From Amoebophrya sp. A120 (taxonomy: Eukaryota > Protista > Dinoflagellata), in NCBI GenBank assembly GCA_905178155.1, contig CAJINV010000004.1, positions 876,629 through 940,628 on the forward strand: a stretch of 64,000 bases of DNA, written 5' to 3'. This document shows positions 35,301 to 46,700 of the stretch, piece by piece. A model generated the notes under the pieces. That model was not told the origin of the DNA and did no database searches. It saw nothing but the letters and a program-made list of their open reading frames with translations. Position 1 is the first letter of the stretch, and every line of letters starts with the position of its first letter. A program made the position numbers and the translations under genes.

Positions 35301-38300
35301 GGACGGGAGGTCGGACACGGTCAAATTTTCCAGGTCTTCGTGCAAGCCTTGCCCAGCGGCGAGGATTTTCCCGTTTTGCACCCTGCCGGCATCCACGAGG
35401 TGAAAATACCGGTCCGCCTGCTCCTGTGTGATGATCGAGGACTCGGAATCGCGTTTCGACGTGGCCGTCCCGACGGATTCTAACCGCCCGTGGGTCAAGA
35501 TCCCCTGAAGTTGCTTGTCCGTTTCCTTCTTAATGGCGGTGGGCGAGAGCGGCCGGTTCTGGTTGGTGCTCTTCTTGGTCGAGGACGCGTGGTCGCCTGC
35601 TGGTGCTGGGGTTTGCGGTTTTAGCCCTTTATTTTCCGACAAATCATCGGCTTGCTTTATTTTGTTGAAGTCATGCAACACAGGTGCGCGCTCAAACCGG
35701 GAGCAATCCTTCAAGGGCTTGATTTTATTCTGCTTGTTCGCGGCACCTCCACTTTCCCCGCTAGTTGTAGTTCCCGACATGAGAAAAGCCGGCGTGTCTA
35801 GCGTTTGCAGCCACTGGATTTCGCTTGGGTAGATGTGGCCTTCTTGTTTCTGGTCCAGCAGGTCAAACAAATTCATCACGTCCCCCGTCCACCCGGCCTT
35901 ACACATCACCTTCCGAAACGGCAAGCACCCAATCTGGCTGCTGTACCGATTCTGCAGGCTGGTCTTCTTCTTCTTGCTCTTGCTTTGGTCCTGCAGCTCC
36001 GCTGGGACGTTGCTGTCCGCGGAAGAGGAGCTTTTCTTGCTGCTGTTTCCCAAGATTTCAGTGGCGATCTTGGCTCCGTGGATCGAGGTGACGAGGTGCT
36101 GGAGGAAGGCCAGATACCCGCCGAAATTCAATGCGCAGAAAGAGAAGAACTTCTTCAAGATCGTCGCGGTCTCCGGTGCGTACTGGGTGATCGTGACGAA
36201 CCCATCGAGGTTTTTGTCCAAGTGCACCCACGCGCCCGGCAACTGCGATAGCCGGAATTTCTGCTGTTGAAACGCATTACCGAAGGCAGAAACGGCGTAT
36301 TTGTGGTGCGATTGTTCCGCTGAAGTGCCGTTATTTTCCAGCGCACTATCGGCATCATGCTTCCGCAAGTTCGACTTCAGCACGTTCCAAGCGACACTTG
36401 CCGCGGCCACCCCCGTGCTGTTCACGGACAACGTGGCCGCTTCTTCGAATTCGGAGTAAATCACCTTCTGGCTCAGGTCCGCGTCCACGTTGCGCCACAC
36501 GAACAGGTCGTTCCCCCCGTAGTACAACCGCAAAATCTTCTGCAGGGCCGCAAACCCCTCCGCGTCGGGCTTCGCATTCAGGAATAACGGCGGTTGCCAC
36601 CGTTGCAGAAACAAAAAGTCCTTCGGCTGCACGTAGACGCCGTCGTGGCAGAGACACCGAAAGAGGAACTGGAAATACTCCGACCGCTTTTTCTCGTACC
36701 TCCGCCGCAGGGAGGACTGTTTTCGCGCCTTCTGGACCCGCTGGAGCAAAGACCCGATGGAGCGGATGGTGGAGGACGCAAAAGTCTGGGATAATTCGTT
36801 CATGTTATTACCACTTTTCGTACTGTTGTTATCACCTCCTCCTCCTATCCCGGAAGTAGATAGCTGTTTGCTCGTGGCTGTAGCGAAAGAGCTTTTGCTT
36901 GCCTTGGACACCACGGACAATAGTGATTTTCCGGTTTGATTGAACGGCGACTGCCGTTGATGTAAGCCGTTGTTGCTCCCCTGTTGTTCGTCATCGGAGG
37001 ACAAGACCTTCGCGGCCGTCTGCAACCCCGCTTCGTCCTCGTCCGAGGAGTCGATTTCTTGCCACTCTTGCTGCTTGTTCAACGCGTGTACCAACATGGC
37101 TTCGTCCACCACGTCGCCAAAGTGCTGCAACTTCTTCCCCGTGCCGATTTTCGCGGCGCGATTGATGATTTGCAGTTGCCGCACGACCTTGCGAAACTTC
37201 TTCGAGGCTTTCCCCGCTTCGATCAGCGTCTCCCTGACTTGATTTTTCAAACCCTGAAACACCGCGTGGTTCTCCACGGTCGGCGCCCACGCCTTGAGCG
37301 ATTGCCGGTCCAGATTTCCCAAAGAGCGGAGAAAGCCCATTTCGGATCTGCCGCCCTCCACTTCGGCAAGAATCCAGTCGTGGAGTTGCGCAACGTGGTC
37401 AATTTCCTCTTGTTCTGGGGACATGAATTCTCCTTCCGAAGCTGCAATTCCAATCATACTCCCGTCATCGCCCAACATCCCTTCCTGTGCGAGCGTCTCT
37501 TGCAGGAGCTCTTTGCTGTAGTTGTGGTCCCGCTGTTGTTGAGTCGACCTCGAGCTCGACTCGTGATCCTCGTTGTGGTCATTATATTCGTCCAAATTGT
37601 CCGCGTTTTCTTCTTCGTCCACCTCGTTCTGCGTCTCTTCAATGACCGTTTCCAGCTGCTTCAGCTCCAGCTCCAGAGGGAAGTTAGTGGAATCCTCATG
37701 CTCATTTGTTCGACCACCCGCAGCGCCCCCGAATAGGTTGTCGTTGTCAACATCCTCTTCATTATCATTCTCGAAGTTCTGGTAGTTCATGCTTTCCTCA
37801 TCGAAAGCGGAAATACCCGGGGAACTGGGCGTCGTGCCGTAGCTAAGTTCGTTTGTGCCGTAGGACTTTTCGAGTAGGTACAGCCCGTAATCGAGATCAT
37901 CCAGACCCTGGTTCACGATTTTGGTCACAAAGGTCTCGGCGAAAGAATTGACAAAGGATAAGGAACTTTGTTGCTGATCATGTTCATGTTCCTTGTTTTG
38001 AGGTTCTTCTGCTGGAGATCTTCGTAAGGACGAGGACCGGCTAAAGTAGTTTGGTGTCGTGTCGATGACTCTCTCGACGGTGGTCGGAGTTGCCGTGGCG
38101 GAATTGTTGGTCATGCTAGTACTTGTGGTGCCGGTAGTGTCTTGTTCTCCTGGGAGGACGGTGACACTCTTGTTCATCCGAGTGCCGCTCGATGGAGAGT
38201 TACTGCTCCCTGTCTCGATCGTCAGCTGGTTATTTGCAGCCCTTTTTCCGCCGCTAGCTGAGAGCGGTAAAATCTCGTCCTGCTGGGAGGTGGCTATTGA

Positions 38301-40382
38301 CTCTTGATGTTCTCCTTCTCCTGCGACAACTCCAGAACCTCCATTCTCATCGTCGCGACTCTTTATAACTTCGCCTTGTCCTTGTCTCAACTTGTCCAGT
38401 TTCGCTTGCTTTTCCTTTTCAAGCAAAACCGCTTGTTTCGTTAGCAGCTTCAAGTACCGGTTCAAGTACCTGCAGACCGCGCCGAGCCGAAACGTCCAGA
38501 ACGCCGGGTCCGCGTGCACCAGCAGGGAGTCCTTGCACACCGCGGCGCTGGCCTTGATCAGCATGGAGTCGAAGGCGCTCTCCATGTTCAACTTCGGCAA
38601 AAAATCCAACTTCCGCATCCGGTGGATGAATTCCTTTTCGGTTAACCTCTTAAACAAGGACTGGTACTGGATCGGCTTCTTGTTGTTGAAGATCTGCACC
38701 ATCAGTTCCTCGAAGGACACAAATTTCTCGCGGTAAAAGGCTTGCAGTTTCGTCAACGCGACCGCGGCTTTCACGTCGAACTCCTCGATCGACACCGTTC
38801 CCTGCTCGTCCTTGTCCATGTTTTTCCAGGCCAAGTTCTTGTTCCCGTGGTACTGCACCCGGCCGCACCAGTGGAGAAAATCGGACTTCGTGATTTCGCT
38901 CGGGTCGAGTCTCTTCTCGTACTGCCGCCTCGCCAAGTCCTGCCACGCCCGCAACGGGTTTTTCTCCCCGTACACCGCGCGGATGAAGTTTTTGATGTGT
39001 GTGTTCGTGTCAACAAGCAGCTCTCCGCGGTTTTGCCGCGCTTTCATCAACTCCGCAAACTCCTCCTCTTTACTCGGAAGGGTCATCGCGGCTTTCGGAG
39101 ATTTTTTGGTCTTGGGCATGGAAGGAGAAAGTAAAACACCAGTAGAAACTTCCCCCGCGGTTGTGGCACTTGCACTATGGTCCGCAGTAGAAGTAGGTGT
39201 GGCTACACCAGCAGCTGCGCTCGGACTCCCCGGAACAACCGAGCTGTTCCCGCCCACCTTCACCACCAGGTCCGGCGCCAGCTGCCGCAATTCCCAGTAC
39301 TCCAGCTGGTCATTTTGACTCACATCCAACAGCTTAAACAACCTGCCTGCATCGTCTAAAAACGGGTAGTGAAAGGCGCGCATGCCGTCCTGGAAGATCT
39401 CGCGGTCCAAGCAGTACACGTTTCCGTAGTTGTCTTTCAGTTCCTGCTCGATCTCGGATGCGATTTTTTCTCCTATGTGGTAATTCGCGTACTTCCGCAT
39501 GTTTTGGTCCGCGAAGGAACCGGGTTTGACGAACTTGTTCAACGTTTCCAACGACGGAACCGCTTCCCTCAAAATGTTCCGGTCCAATCCCTTCGGGAAA
39601 ACAGAATCGAACATGTTGAAGAAGATCCGGGTCGTGATGTCGTTTTTATCCTCGGCCGGATGCTCCTTGTCCTTAAACAGTTCCAGCAGCCAGTCGATAA
39701 AGCTGCTGATCATCCGGAATCCCAACGGGTCCAGATCGGCCAACGAAATCGGGGTGTCGCGCAGGTAGCTCGCGGCGTGCTTGGCCTCCTTGATGTAGTA
39801 CTTTTTCTTCATGTCCTCATCGTAAAAGTACTCCAGTCGCACAATACTCTCGTCCTTCGGCGGCGGATTCCGTTCCAGCTCTTCCAGTTCCTTCCTCGCT
39901 TGGTGTTTTAAATCGAGATAGGTCGACACCCCGTGCAGCGAGTAGAACTTCTCCTGCAAACGGGCGGAATTTTGATTGTGGTCTACTTCGTCGTCAAAGT
40001 TCTGCTGGTGTGACGGTTTTGCGCCGCTGTTTTCATTCTCGGAATTCGAATCGCTGCCTTTCTGTCCCCCGCTCCCGCCGATTGAAGATTTGGGGCTGTT
40101 CGACAGACCCGCCGGCTGTAACACCGACCCGGCGCCGAGCTGATGCTGGATTTGCAGCAACTCCAACGCGTTTGACCCGATGTACCCGCCGAGCGGGGTG
40201 TTCCGCAGGTCCCGCTCATCGTCGTTCAACGCAACGCAGGCGTCGATGAGGTCTTCCGCGGAGAGCTGGGTGTCAACTTTGTAGTCGAGGTAGAACAGCC
40301 AGGCGGTGGCCACGTGCTCGACGGTGTATTTCTTCTTCAAGAAGGCACGCACGTCCTTTATCACAACGTCGCGGAAACGCAT
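32391..40382 (-). CDS. 2663-aa protein with several degenerate EF-hand-like motifs and long disordered regions
   Basis: Uninterrupted ORF; LFKLLDVSQNDQLEYWEL, WKNMDKDEQGTVSIEEFD, HLDKNLDGFVTITQY, LFDLLDQKQEGHIYPSEI. Confidence 0.8.
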   Translation of the reverse strand: MRFRDVVIKDVRAFLKKKYTVEHVATAWLFYLDYKVDTQLSAEDLIDACVALNDDERDLRNTPLGGYIGSNALELLQIQHQLGAGSVLQPAGLSNSPKSSIGGSGGQKGSDSNSENENSGAKPSHQQNFDDEVDHNQNSARLQEKFYSLHGVSTYLDLKHQARKELEELERNPPPKDESIVRLEYFYDEDMKKKYYIKEAKHAASYLRDTPISLADLDPLGFRMISSFIDWLLELFKDKEHPAEDKNDITTRIFFNMFDSVFPKGLDRNILREAVPSLETLNKFVKPGSFADQNMRKYANYHIGEKIASEIEQELKDNYGNVYCLDREIFQDGMRAFHYPFLDDAGRLFKLLDVSQNDQLEYWELRQLAPDLVVKVGGNSSVVPGSPSAAAGVATPTSTADHSASATTAGEVSTGVLLSPSMPKTKKSPKAAMTLPSKEEEFAELMKARQNRGELLVDTNTHIKNFIRAVYGEKNPLRAWQDLARRQYEKRLDPSEITKSDFLHWCGRVQYHGNKNLAWKNMDKDEQGTVSIEEFDVKAAVALTKLQAFYREKFVSFEELMVQIFNNKKPIQYQSLFKRLTEKEFIHRMRKLDFLPKLNMESAFDSMLIKASAAVCKDSLLVHADPAFWTFRLGAVCRYLNRYLKLLTKQAVLLEKEKQAKLDKLRQGQGEVIKSRDDENGGSGVVAGEGEHQESIATSQQDEILPLSASGGKRAANNQLTIETGSSNSPSSGTRMNKSVTVLPGEQDTTGTTSTSMTNNSATATPTTVERVIDTTPNYFSRSSSLRRSPAEEPQNKEHEHDQQQSSLSFVNSFAETFVTKIVNQGLDDLDYGLYLLEKSYGTNELSYGTTPSSPGISAFDEESMNYQNFENDNEEDVDNDNLFGGAAGGRTNEHEDSTNFPLELELKQLETVIEETQNEVDEEENADNLDEYNDHNEDHESSSRSTQQQRDHNYSKELLQETLAQEGMLGDDGSMIGIAASEGEFMSPEQEEIDHVAQLHDWILAEVEGGRSEMGFLRSLGNLDRQSLKAWAPTVENHAVFQGLKNQVRETLIEAGKASKKFRKVVRQLQIINRAAKIGTGKKLQHFGDVVDEAMLVHALNKQQEWQEIDSSDEDEAGLQTAAKVLSSDDEQQGSNNGLHQRQSPFNQTGKSLLSVVSKASKSSFATATSKQLSTSGIGGGGDNNSTKSGNNMNELSQTFASSTIRSIGSLLQRVQKARKQSSLRRRYEKKRSEYFQFLFRCLCHDGVYVQPKDFLFLQRWQPPLFLNAKPDAEGFAALQKILRLYYGGNDLFVWRNVDADLSQKVIYSEFEEAATLSVNSTGVAAASVAWNVLKSNLRKHDADSALENNGTSAEQSHHKYAVSAFGNAFQQQKFRLSQLPGAWVHLDKNLDGFVTITQYAPETATILKKFFSFCALNFGGYLAFLQHLVTSIHGAKIATEILGNSSKKSSSSADSNVPAELQDQSKSKKKKTSLQNRYSSQIGCLPFRKVMCKAGWTGDVMNLFDLLDQKQEGHIYPSEIQWLQTLDTPAFLMSGTTTSGESGGAANKQNKIKPLKDCSRFERAPVLHDFNKIKQADDLSENKGLKPQTPAPAGDHASSTKKSTNQNRPLSPTAIKKETDKQLQGILTHGRLESVGTATSKRDSESSIITQEQADRYFHLVDAGRVQNGKILAAGQGLHEDLENLTVSDLPSESSEMEEVEVFDRVSNSMKTIVRKKKKKRSLTRTERMQYRCADEQDWAMQTLEDQENRRLLAEQEFENRNNIGGVKYIDKVLDDRTAYDFVLEKRKNRLKENRKMYGKSHRFADYPERSERAMVYVRKATDPVGRPPVMSDGGKKNPKPVTPTSPNLFPDAHLDFCTGTNTGGMSESTRLAATRDNSLLSRGSMMSTSSSIAFDESTTFSTVSSSGGGLGHQRGDSRGRRSRNRRDRGRGSTSNYTHSLVSMASYDAIPWRGREATSKAAVSSGHERMSATGMITGVGDDEYASFNMLQRANDIGEDVTEVTAEQRPAASSNPKQSSLSPRIISFVADEEQYQDQQEEHRQEENVALSSQTTRGDDVVDNGAPADLEPELEQLHQLQLNRKLPDFFQDDRPPTGSTVAPIGSNSRPQTSATSASLPSAGLSSSRPQTNHSNSRPQTNHSNSRPHTNHSNSRPHTNHSTSRHSRVHKMLLEQEEFQMQQQAQELQEELPYVNQNQDADHASATTSPGPGAVEVPAAALSHENSTNSSNNSRGFYNNNPGAGTTSPGGSSNLSGQQGQPNTTVNTTGSSSINFDPFIDFGSPGSVLFGEEFNGFVDQKIRSWSATNSQADTQSLPASPSPGNYYASASATGPAAGAVLGTSSRIQHRSISPGAASSNGGVDTFHRKSSFDSPQTSVLLDAEYEAVRKELFGDEDPKEKRTNRRRSRSRSPDFDLLDLLPDDNVGSVNDGTTAGLVDQTMEEANSHAAKNKTKNKTSSRKSSKDEAATPSRSRTPERPPPYQFLGGQYLSGVYSTSDPNLKLQKKDLFPSRHRKAKAGPVVVPGGSSSPGSNQNPNQNQEPLRRRDIQANLSHNLSLTKMKDEKICIGSIQPSYASLKHSTENVCWNRLNSVEDVPVKPIWKPTLATKLRSSVQKQREKLYGRPGNVSRYQEHGYKSSYNLPVVLQPNAQFLFGNSGRSPKI
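33896..34003. repeat. 27-bp coding tandem repeat (SRP[QH]TNHSN x4)
   Basis: Visible in both the DNA and the translation of the 2663-aa ORF. Confidence 0.85.
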
Positions 40383-41369
40383 TTTGAGGCTATGTTGAGA
40401 GGGGTGTGCTTATGCTAGGAGCTGTTTGTTGTAGTGAAAACGAGGAAGACGAAGTAGAGCCCTCTTACAAATTGAATTTCGAGCACTGGTCAATAGGGTT
40501 CAAGCATGTAGTAGCTTTCCAATAAGGGTAAAAAATGGTCGTGGGAAAAATACAATCTGGCAAGCAAGAGAAACAACAGATAGTAGTAAAGAAAAAAGGT
40601 TTTCGTCTAGAAAAGAAGAGGGTGGGAACCTTTACAAAAGGCTTCAAAGGGGTGTCTACGTCTCTTTGGGTTACAACGGGGAAGGGAGGTAAAGATTTTA
40701 GGGATGCAAAAACCTGGTAAAATCTCAAATTGAAAATGAATTGACTTGAAAAGAAACCAAAAAATTGGCTACACGACCTCCAATGACAACACGACGAGAC
40801 GACGATCCAAGAGACCACAACGACCTTGATTCAAAAATATGCACGATGTATGAGGCGGGAAGAACGGTTTTTTGTCAGTCGCGACAAGATGAAGAACCGG
40901 ATGATTATTGAGCCACGAGTGCTTTTCGGATAGATCTAGCAGTACTTGCTGGTGTACGAACGATTCTACTTAATCTGTTGCACGAATAGAACCAGGGACA
41001 GCATGTCCAAAGACGAAACGAGCACCATCCACATTAAGACAACTGAAGCCGTGCAAATGCCAAAAAGAGAGAGACTTCCTTTTATTTTGTTTGTGTATCG
41101 GGCGCACCGAAACCAACTTAAACGTATACGACATGCACGATGCCACCGGGCCTAATATTTGATTTGACGTAGAGTGCGATACAACTTCAGCATGACGTAT
41201 AACGACGAATGTGAAAAGCTGAAAAAGGCGCGAGAGCTCCGGCTCAGTCCGATCTTCGGTGCAGCTGCGGTGACACCAGAAGAAGACCCTGCGCGCAGGT
41301 TATTTGCAATGTTGACATCTGCAGACTCTTGAGTTTTATACGCTTTGCCCAAGATAGTGCCTTCTCTGG

Positions 41370-42122
41370 TCACGCCACTACTTTTTTCAAATCTGCCCAG
41401 TCCACGCGGTTGTTCTCTATTGCACACGAATTTCGAATTTCTCGCGTAAATTCATCCATTTCCTCCTCGGTTAACTTGTCGCCCAGCCTTGTCAGGACGT
41501 GAGCAAGATTTGCCATCTTCACGTCCACTTTGCTCGAAAGCTTAGTTGCGGATGGAAATACCTGAAAGGTGGATCGCTTATATTTGCTGTTCGGGAAAGT
41601 AAAAGATGACACGTAGTTCGCGCCAGGCGTTCATGTTTGGGTTCAGGATGCGTAGATCTAGTTCTCATGCAGAAAAACCACAAACACCCGTGGTATTCAG
41701 TAGACCCAGGTACTACGTTTTTGCGGTTCACGTTCATCGAAAAAACATACTCATGCACATCGACAACGTATTCAGTTAGCAACCAAACGTCTTCGCAATA
41801 GAACATCTGAACGTACCTTGTCGTAAAAGTGCACTATCCCGTTTTTCAGCCCATCCAGGTCCGCGTTTAGCTTCCCCTTATCCGCCAGCTCCGAGGGTAG
41901 CCTCTTTGCTTGATCCACATACTTCATGAAAAGCTCGAAGCTGCACGTGTCCAACGAGTTTTGGTTTGCATCTTTCACGCATTCGGACACAAAGGTTGCC
42001 GGCGGGTTCAAGCCTGTTGCGCGGATCACCGTTCCAATGTCCTTTATCCGGATTCCCTCGCCGTCCGGGTCAAACACCTTGAACACCTCCGACACCTGCT
42101 CCGGGCTGTACTCGTCGGTCAT
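41370..42122 (-). CDS. Calmodulin/myosin light chain-like EF-hand protein, 2 exons, 165 aa
   Basis: EVFKVFDPDGEG...IGTVIRATGLNP...LAHVLTRLGDKLTEEEMDE; GT-AG intron 41816-41562. Confidence 0.85.
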
Positions 42123-43718
42123 GGTTTGGAATTTTGATTCTGCGTTACTGTCTTATTTGCAGGATTGTTTCCTCAACTTTTTGACTTGTAGGTTTGCGAT
42201 TTTTATTGCGTCGCTATTTTTCCAAGCGACTGGTCCCGCGTGCTTAATACACATGGCGCCATGATGGTGCATTTCGCATATTCCTCTGTATCTGTAGTAC
42301 TTGTACTTCGAAACTCACATGATGCTCTACTCTCGCTCAGTCCGCTACCAGGCTGTAGTAACAGCGACAGGAACGCGCTTTGATACCTTTACGGCAAGGA
42401 GCCATTTCAGAAAGAATGGATGAGCATGAGATCACTTGTGCTGCAGAAAATGAAACTGCAGACGGACGAACCTCGCAAACCAACGAAAAGCTGCCGCTAC
42501 TTACACTGTTGGTTCGGTGAACAATGCATAGGCATGCCGACGCTTAGCGCGCCGCAACCAAACGCGCCCATCTGGGCCGGAAAACAGTAAAGCGCAATTT
42601 TTTTTTCTGCAGAGATAGTTTTTTGGAGTGCTTTCTAGACAGAATTTCAGTGCGAGTCTGGTGGATCATGTTTTCAAATCGAAAGAAAGCCTTGCCATAA
42701 TTGTTCTTGATGCGGCAATCAATGCTTTGCCAGGTTATCATACGCGTAGTAATTAGCATGAGCATCACATGTGTAGGAAACGTAGTAATGCAAAAAATCT
42801 TTGCACGATATGCACAGCATTTGCTTTTGCTCTGTTCTCCCAATTAAAAATTAGGTTGCGTTTTCAAACTTTACTTTCGAAATGACGTTTCTGATCTGAT
42901 AAATGCATACAAGATTTCATTCATACTTTAACCGTTCTTTTTTTCCAGAAAACACGGCATCATCGCAGAAAACTAGCATTGCCGATGACGTGCCTCCTGA
43001 CATAATGCCCATTAGAATCGATTCAGCAATTGAGTTGTAAGTAGCTGCAGCAAGTATCGGCCTGGTCATCTAGACACAAGAAGGCGCCCCGCCCAATAAA
43101 TACAGCAACCCGCGCAAGCAGGAAGCCACTAGTACCGGGGGAAGAGTCTCTGTGTCTGCAAAATGTATCTTTCACAACGCCAATTGGCTTTTTCGATGAA
43201 TCGCAAATAACGGGAGAGATGTAAAGGATTAAAAACAACTACATTGGCTACTACCTACAGAAAACCAGGCTCTTCAAATTGTTACATTTAGAAGTGTCCC
43301 AAAATCCGATTATTTTCATATCGCATCTCGTTGCATTCTGTGTGCCACATTTGGTTCCCCTCGGTTCTTTCTGCGCGATGAGTGATGTAAAAGCAACGAA
43401 TCTAATTTCTGTTAAAGAGGAGTAACTGCGAAACGAGCCTCATTGGCGGCCACTGGACAGAAAGCAGCCATGATCCGCCCAGCACTCCCCCTGCTACAAT
43501 TTTCATATTGTGTTCTCGCAAAATCAAGTTGTGATAAACCCATTCTTGCACGACGTGTTCGTTTATTCCATAAGTTGACAATTCCGATGATGATGAGACA
43601 GAAGCTGCATTTAGATTTGTGCAGTTTCTCGCTTGTGAATACTAAATTCGTTTTGTTATCAGTTTCATGAGTCAGTTTTTTCTTCTACGAATCTAATCCC
43701 TTGTACAGCACGACATGC

Positions 43719-46700
43719 TTACGCGCCCATCTCGGTCTTCAACTCGGCGAGCTTATCCTGCAACTCCCACATCTCGGCGTCGGACAGGGTGTTCTTCTTC
43801 TTGTGCTCCTTCAGCTTCTTCTCGATCTCCTTGATCAGCTTCTTACGGTCCTTATCGGACATAGTCTTCACCTTGTTCACCTCAATCTTGTTGCCGCTCG
43901 CGTCGACGATCTCGTCCGGACCCGCGGCGTCCGCAGCGAAATCATCGTCGTCCACCTGGAGTTCACCCTCCTCACGGAGTCGACCGGCTTCCATGATCCA
44001 CTTCTGGGAGCAGACCTTCTCGGCGAACTCCATGTTGTGGGAAATGATCACCACACCGCCGCCGAAGTCGACCAGACCCAGGGAAAGGGCACCGAGACTG
44101 TGATGAAGATTTTGTTGTAGAATAGCAATAGTTTTGCAAGAGCTTCTGAATTCGCATGTTGCCATCCATGTCTGAAACGCGGACCTCATGCCAGCTTCGC
44201 AACACAATTGGATGATGCACGATGTGAATTTCGTCAACTTCTTGTCGACCCCTCTGTGAATATACAGAATTAAGTAGAACCAGAAGCATCAAAGGGACTT
44301 CTATCAAAAAATCATACCCATCGCGATCGAGGTAGTTGGTCGGTTCGTCCAGGATCAGGATGCTATGCAATGTAAATTTCCTGTACATGTACAAAATGCA
44401 TGACAAATTTCGCTAACTTGCAGTGCACAACTTGTCATGCTACACTAGGATTGAAGGCAAGTTTTGTCATGCAGAGACTGCATTTGTACGTGTACAGGAA
44501 ATTTACTGTGGATAGATATGCGGGTTCATCCACATCGCTGCTGCGAGCACGACCTTCACCTTCTGCCCACCGGAAAGGGACTGAATCGGACTGTAGGCCG
44601 CGGCTTCCTGGTCCAGACCAAAGTTCTTCAACTCCTTTTCCACGGACGGGGCCGTCAGCGGCTTGGCCATCAAACCCGCAGCGGCAGCCTGCTTCTCATC
44701 CTCACGGCAGACCTGTAATTGTACGTAGGGTGGAATTGATATTGATGTCAGAAGGAATCATAGTGCCAGATTCGTTTTGGAAACAACAAAAGCGGATGCG
44801 ACGAAATTTCAACACTACATGCACAAAAACCACATACATCTTTTCCTTTTGGGACATCGACATATAATCTGCAGAAAACAAACTCTGTGCCGCGATGACA
44901 TTTTTGTAAGGGAAATCATTATCATAAGCAACACATCGAAAAGGCCATCAACAATCTGAACATTACCATCTTCTCGTAACCCATGGACTTCATGGTGTCA
45001 CGCTCGACCCAGCAGGTAGCCTCGACCGGCTTGTACATCCACTTCACCTCGTACTCGTACTTCTTCTGCTTGTTCTTACGACGGTTGAAGATGCAGTCCG
45101 GGATGACCGGCACGTCCGCCTTCTCCCCGACGACGCACTTACGCACGACACCGGACTTGGAGTCCACGCACCACTTGACGGCGCGGAGGGCCTCCTCGTC
45201 GACGTTCACCTCGTTGGTCTGGTTCTCCAGGGACTCGCGATCGTCGTTCCCCGCGAAACGCCACAGAATGTACTGCACCGGGGTCTTGTCCAGATGCTTC
45301 TCCAAGTGGTGGAACGCATGCTGGGCGACGTAGGCGAGACGCATACCGGAGTGACGGAAAATGGTTCCGGTTTCGTTCTTCAGCTCACCGATCAAAAGCT
45401 TGATGGCGGTGGACTTACCAGCTCCGTTGGGGCCGATCACGGCGATACGGGAAGCCATGCAGACAGACAGGCAGATGTCCTGTGATTGTCGTCAGGTGAG
45501 GATTTAGTGGAAAAAATATGGGTTGTTTTTCGCGCACACGAAGACGAACGACCCTGCTACGGCGGGAACATCAATTCGAAACAAGATTATGCGCATTTAG
45601 ATTTCTACTCACGATGGTGCATGATCATGCGGTGCTAGTCCTAGTGCTACACATTCATGGAATCACGAATTGAATCAGGTTTGTTCCCACTAAGCGGTAG
45701 TACCTGCACGGTGTTCTTCTCGTGGGTGGGGTACTTGAAGGAAACCATGTTCATTTTCAGAATGGAACGCCCCTTGGACTTCACGCCCTCCAGCGGACCC
45801 GGCGGCGGGAACACGAACTTCTGGTTCTTGTTGGAGAGTTCGAAGTAGGCCTTCTTCGCCGGGTTGGCGGCGACGAAGTCGGTCAGCACACGGCCCTTCT
45901 CGGACTTGAACTGGATCAATTTGCGGTCCTCGAAATCGATCACGTGGGTGATCATCTCGTCGAGGAACAGGGAGTTGGAGGAAGAGGCAATGATGGAACC
46001 CGGGAACGCGTTCAACCTGATAGGTTTTTGGATTTGGATATTTCTCGTCATGCAATATAACAAAGAGTAAGAGCCGGAATGGTGATAATCAACTGACGCG
46101 CTCGGCAAGAATACAAGTTTCGGATAAATTTTGATTGTCCGCTGGAAAAGATAGAAAGCCGGACAAGGGCATCTTTCGAAGTCTGCCTGGATTCTCGTTA
46201 CACCAGCGTCCTCTGCTCTGCGTTCCGTGAAAGACGGAAAAGACATTTAGATTTTGACTTCCCCGGACAGTTGCAGAACGGGGCAAGAGCTTCTTCGCTC
46301 TAAATGCTACCGCCTTCATTCGGCCACGCCAGCTACACTATTAGCGAGTATGCGCCAGCTATTCCGATTTAAAAATCAATAAATGAGAAACTGTCCGCGA
46401 GGAAAAGGATAAGAGAATCCGCACAGGATTGCGAGATCTCCCCGTTACCCTCGCGTCCGCTGCTCTGCGTCACTTAGTAGCCGACTTGAAAGTACGATGA
46501 TGAAGGAGCATCGCATCGGATATGCAGTGACAAAATATTAGAAAGAGGCTTATCACATCTGCTCCGGAAAAAGCAGGGTAGAAGTGAGTCGCTCCTGCGA
46601 GAAGATAAAGATATCATCATCAAGCACTATAAAATTTTGTTTACCAGTCCTTCATCCACTGAATGTTCTTGACGTCCAAGTGGCCCGTCGGTTCGTCCAA

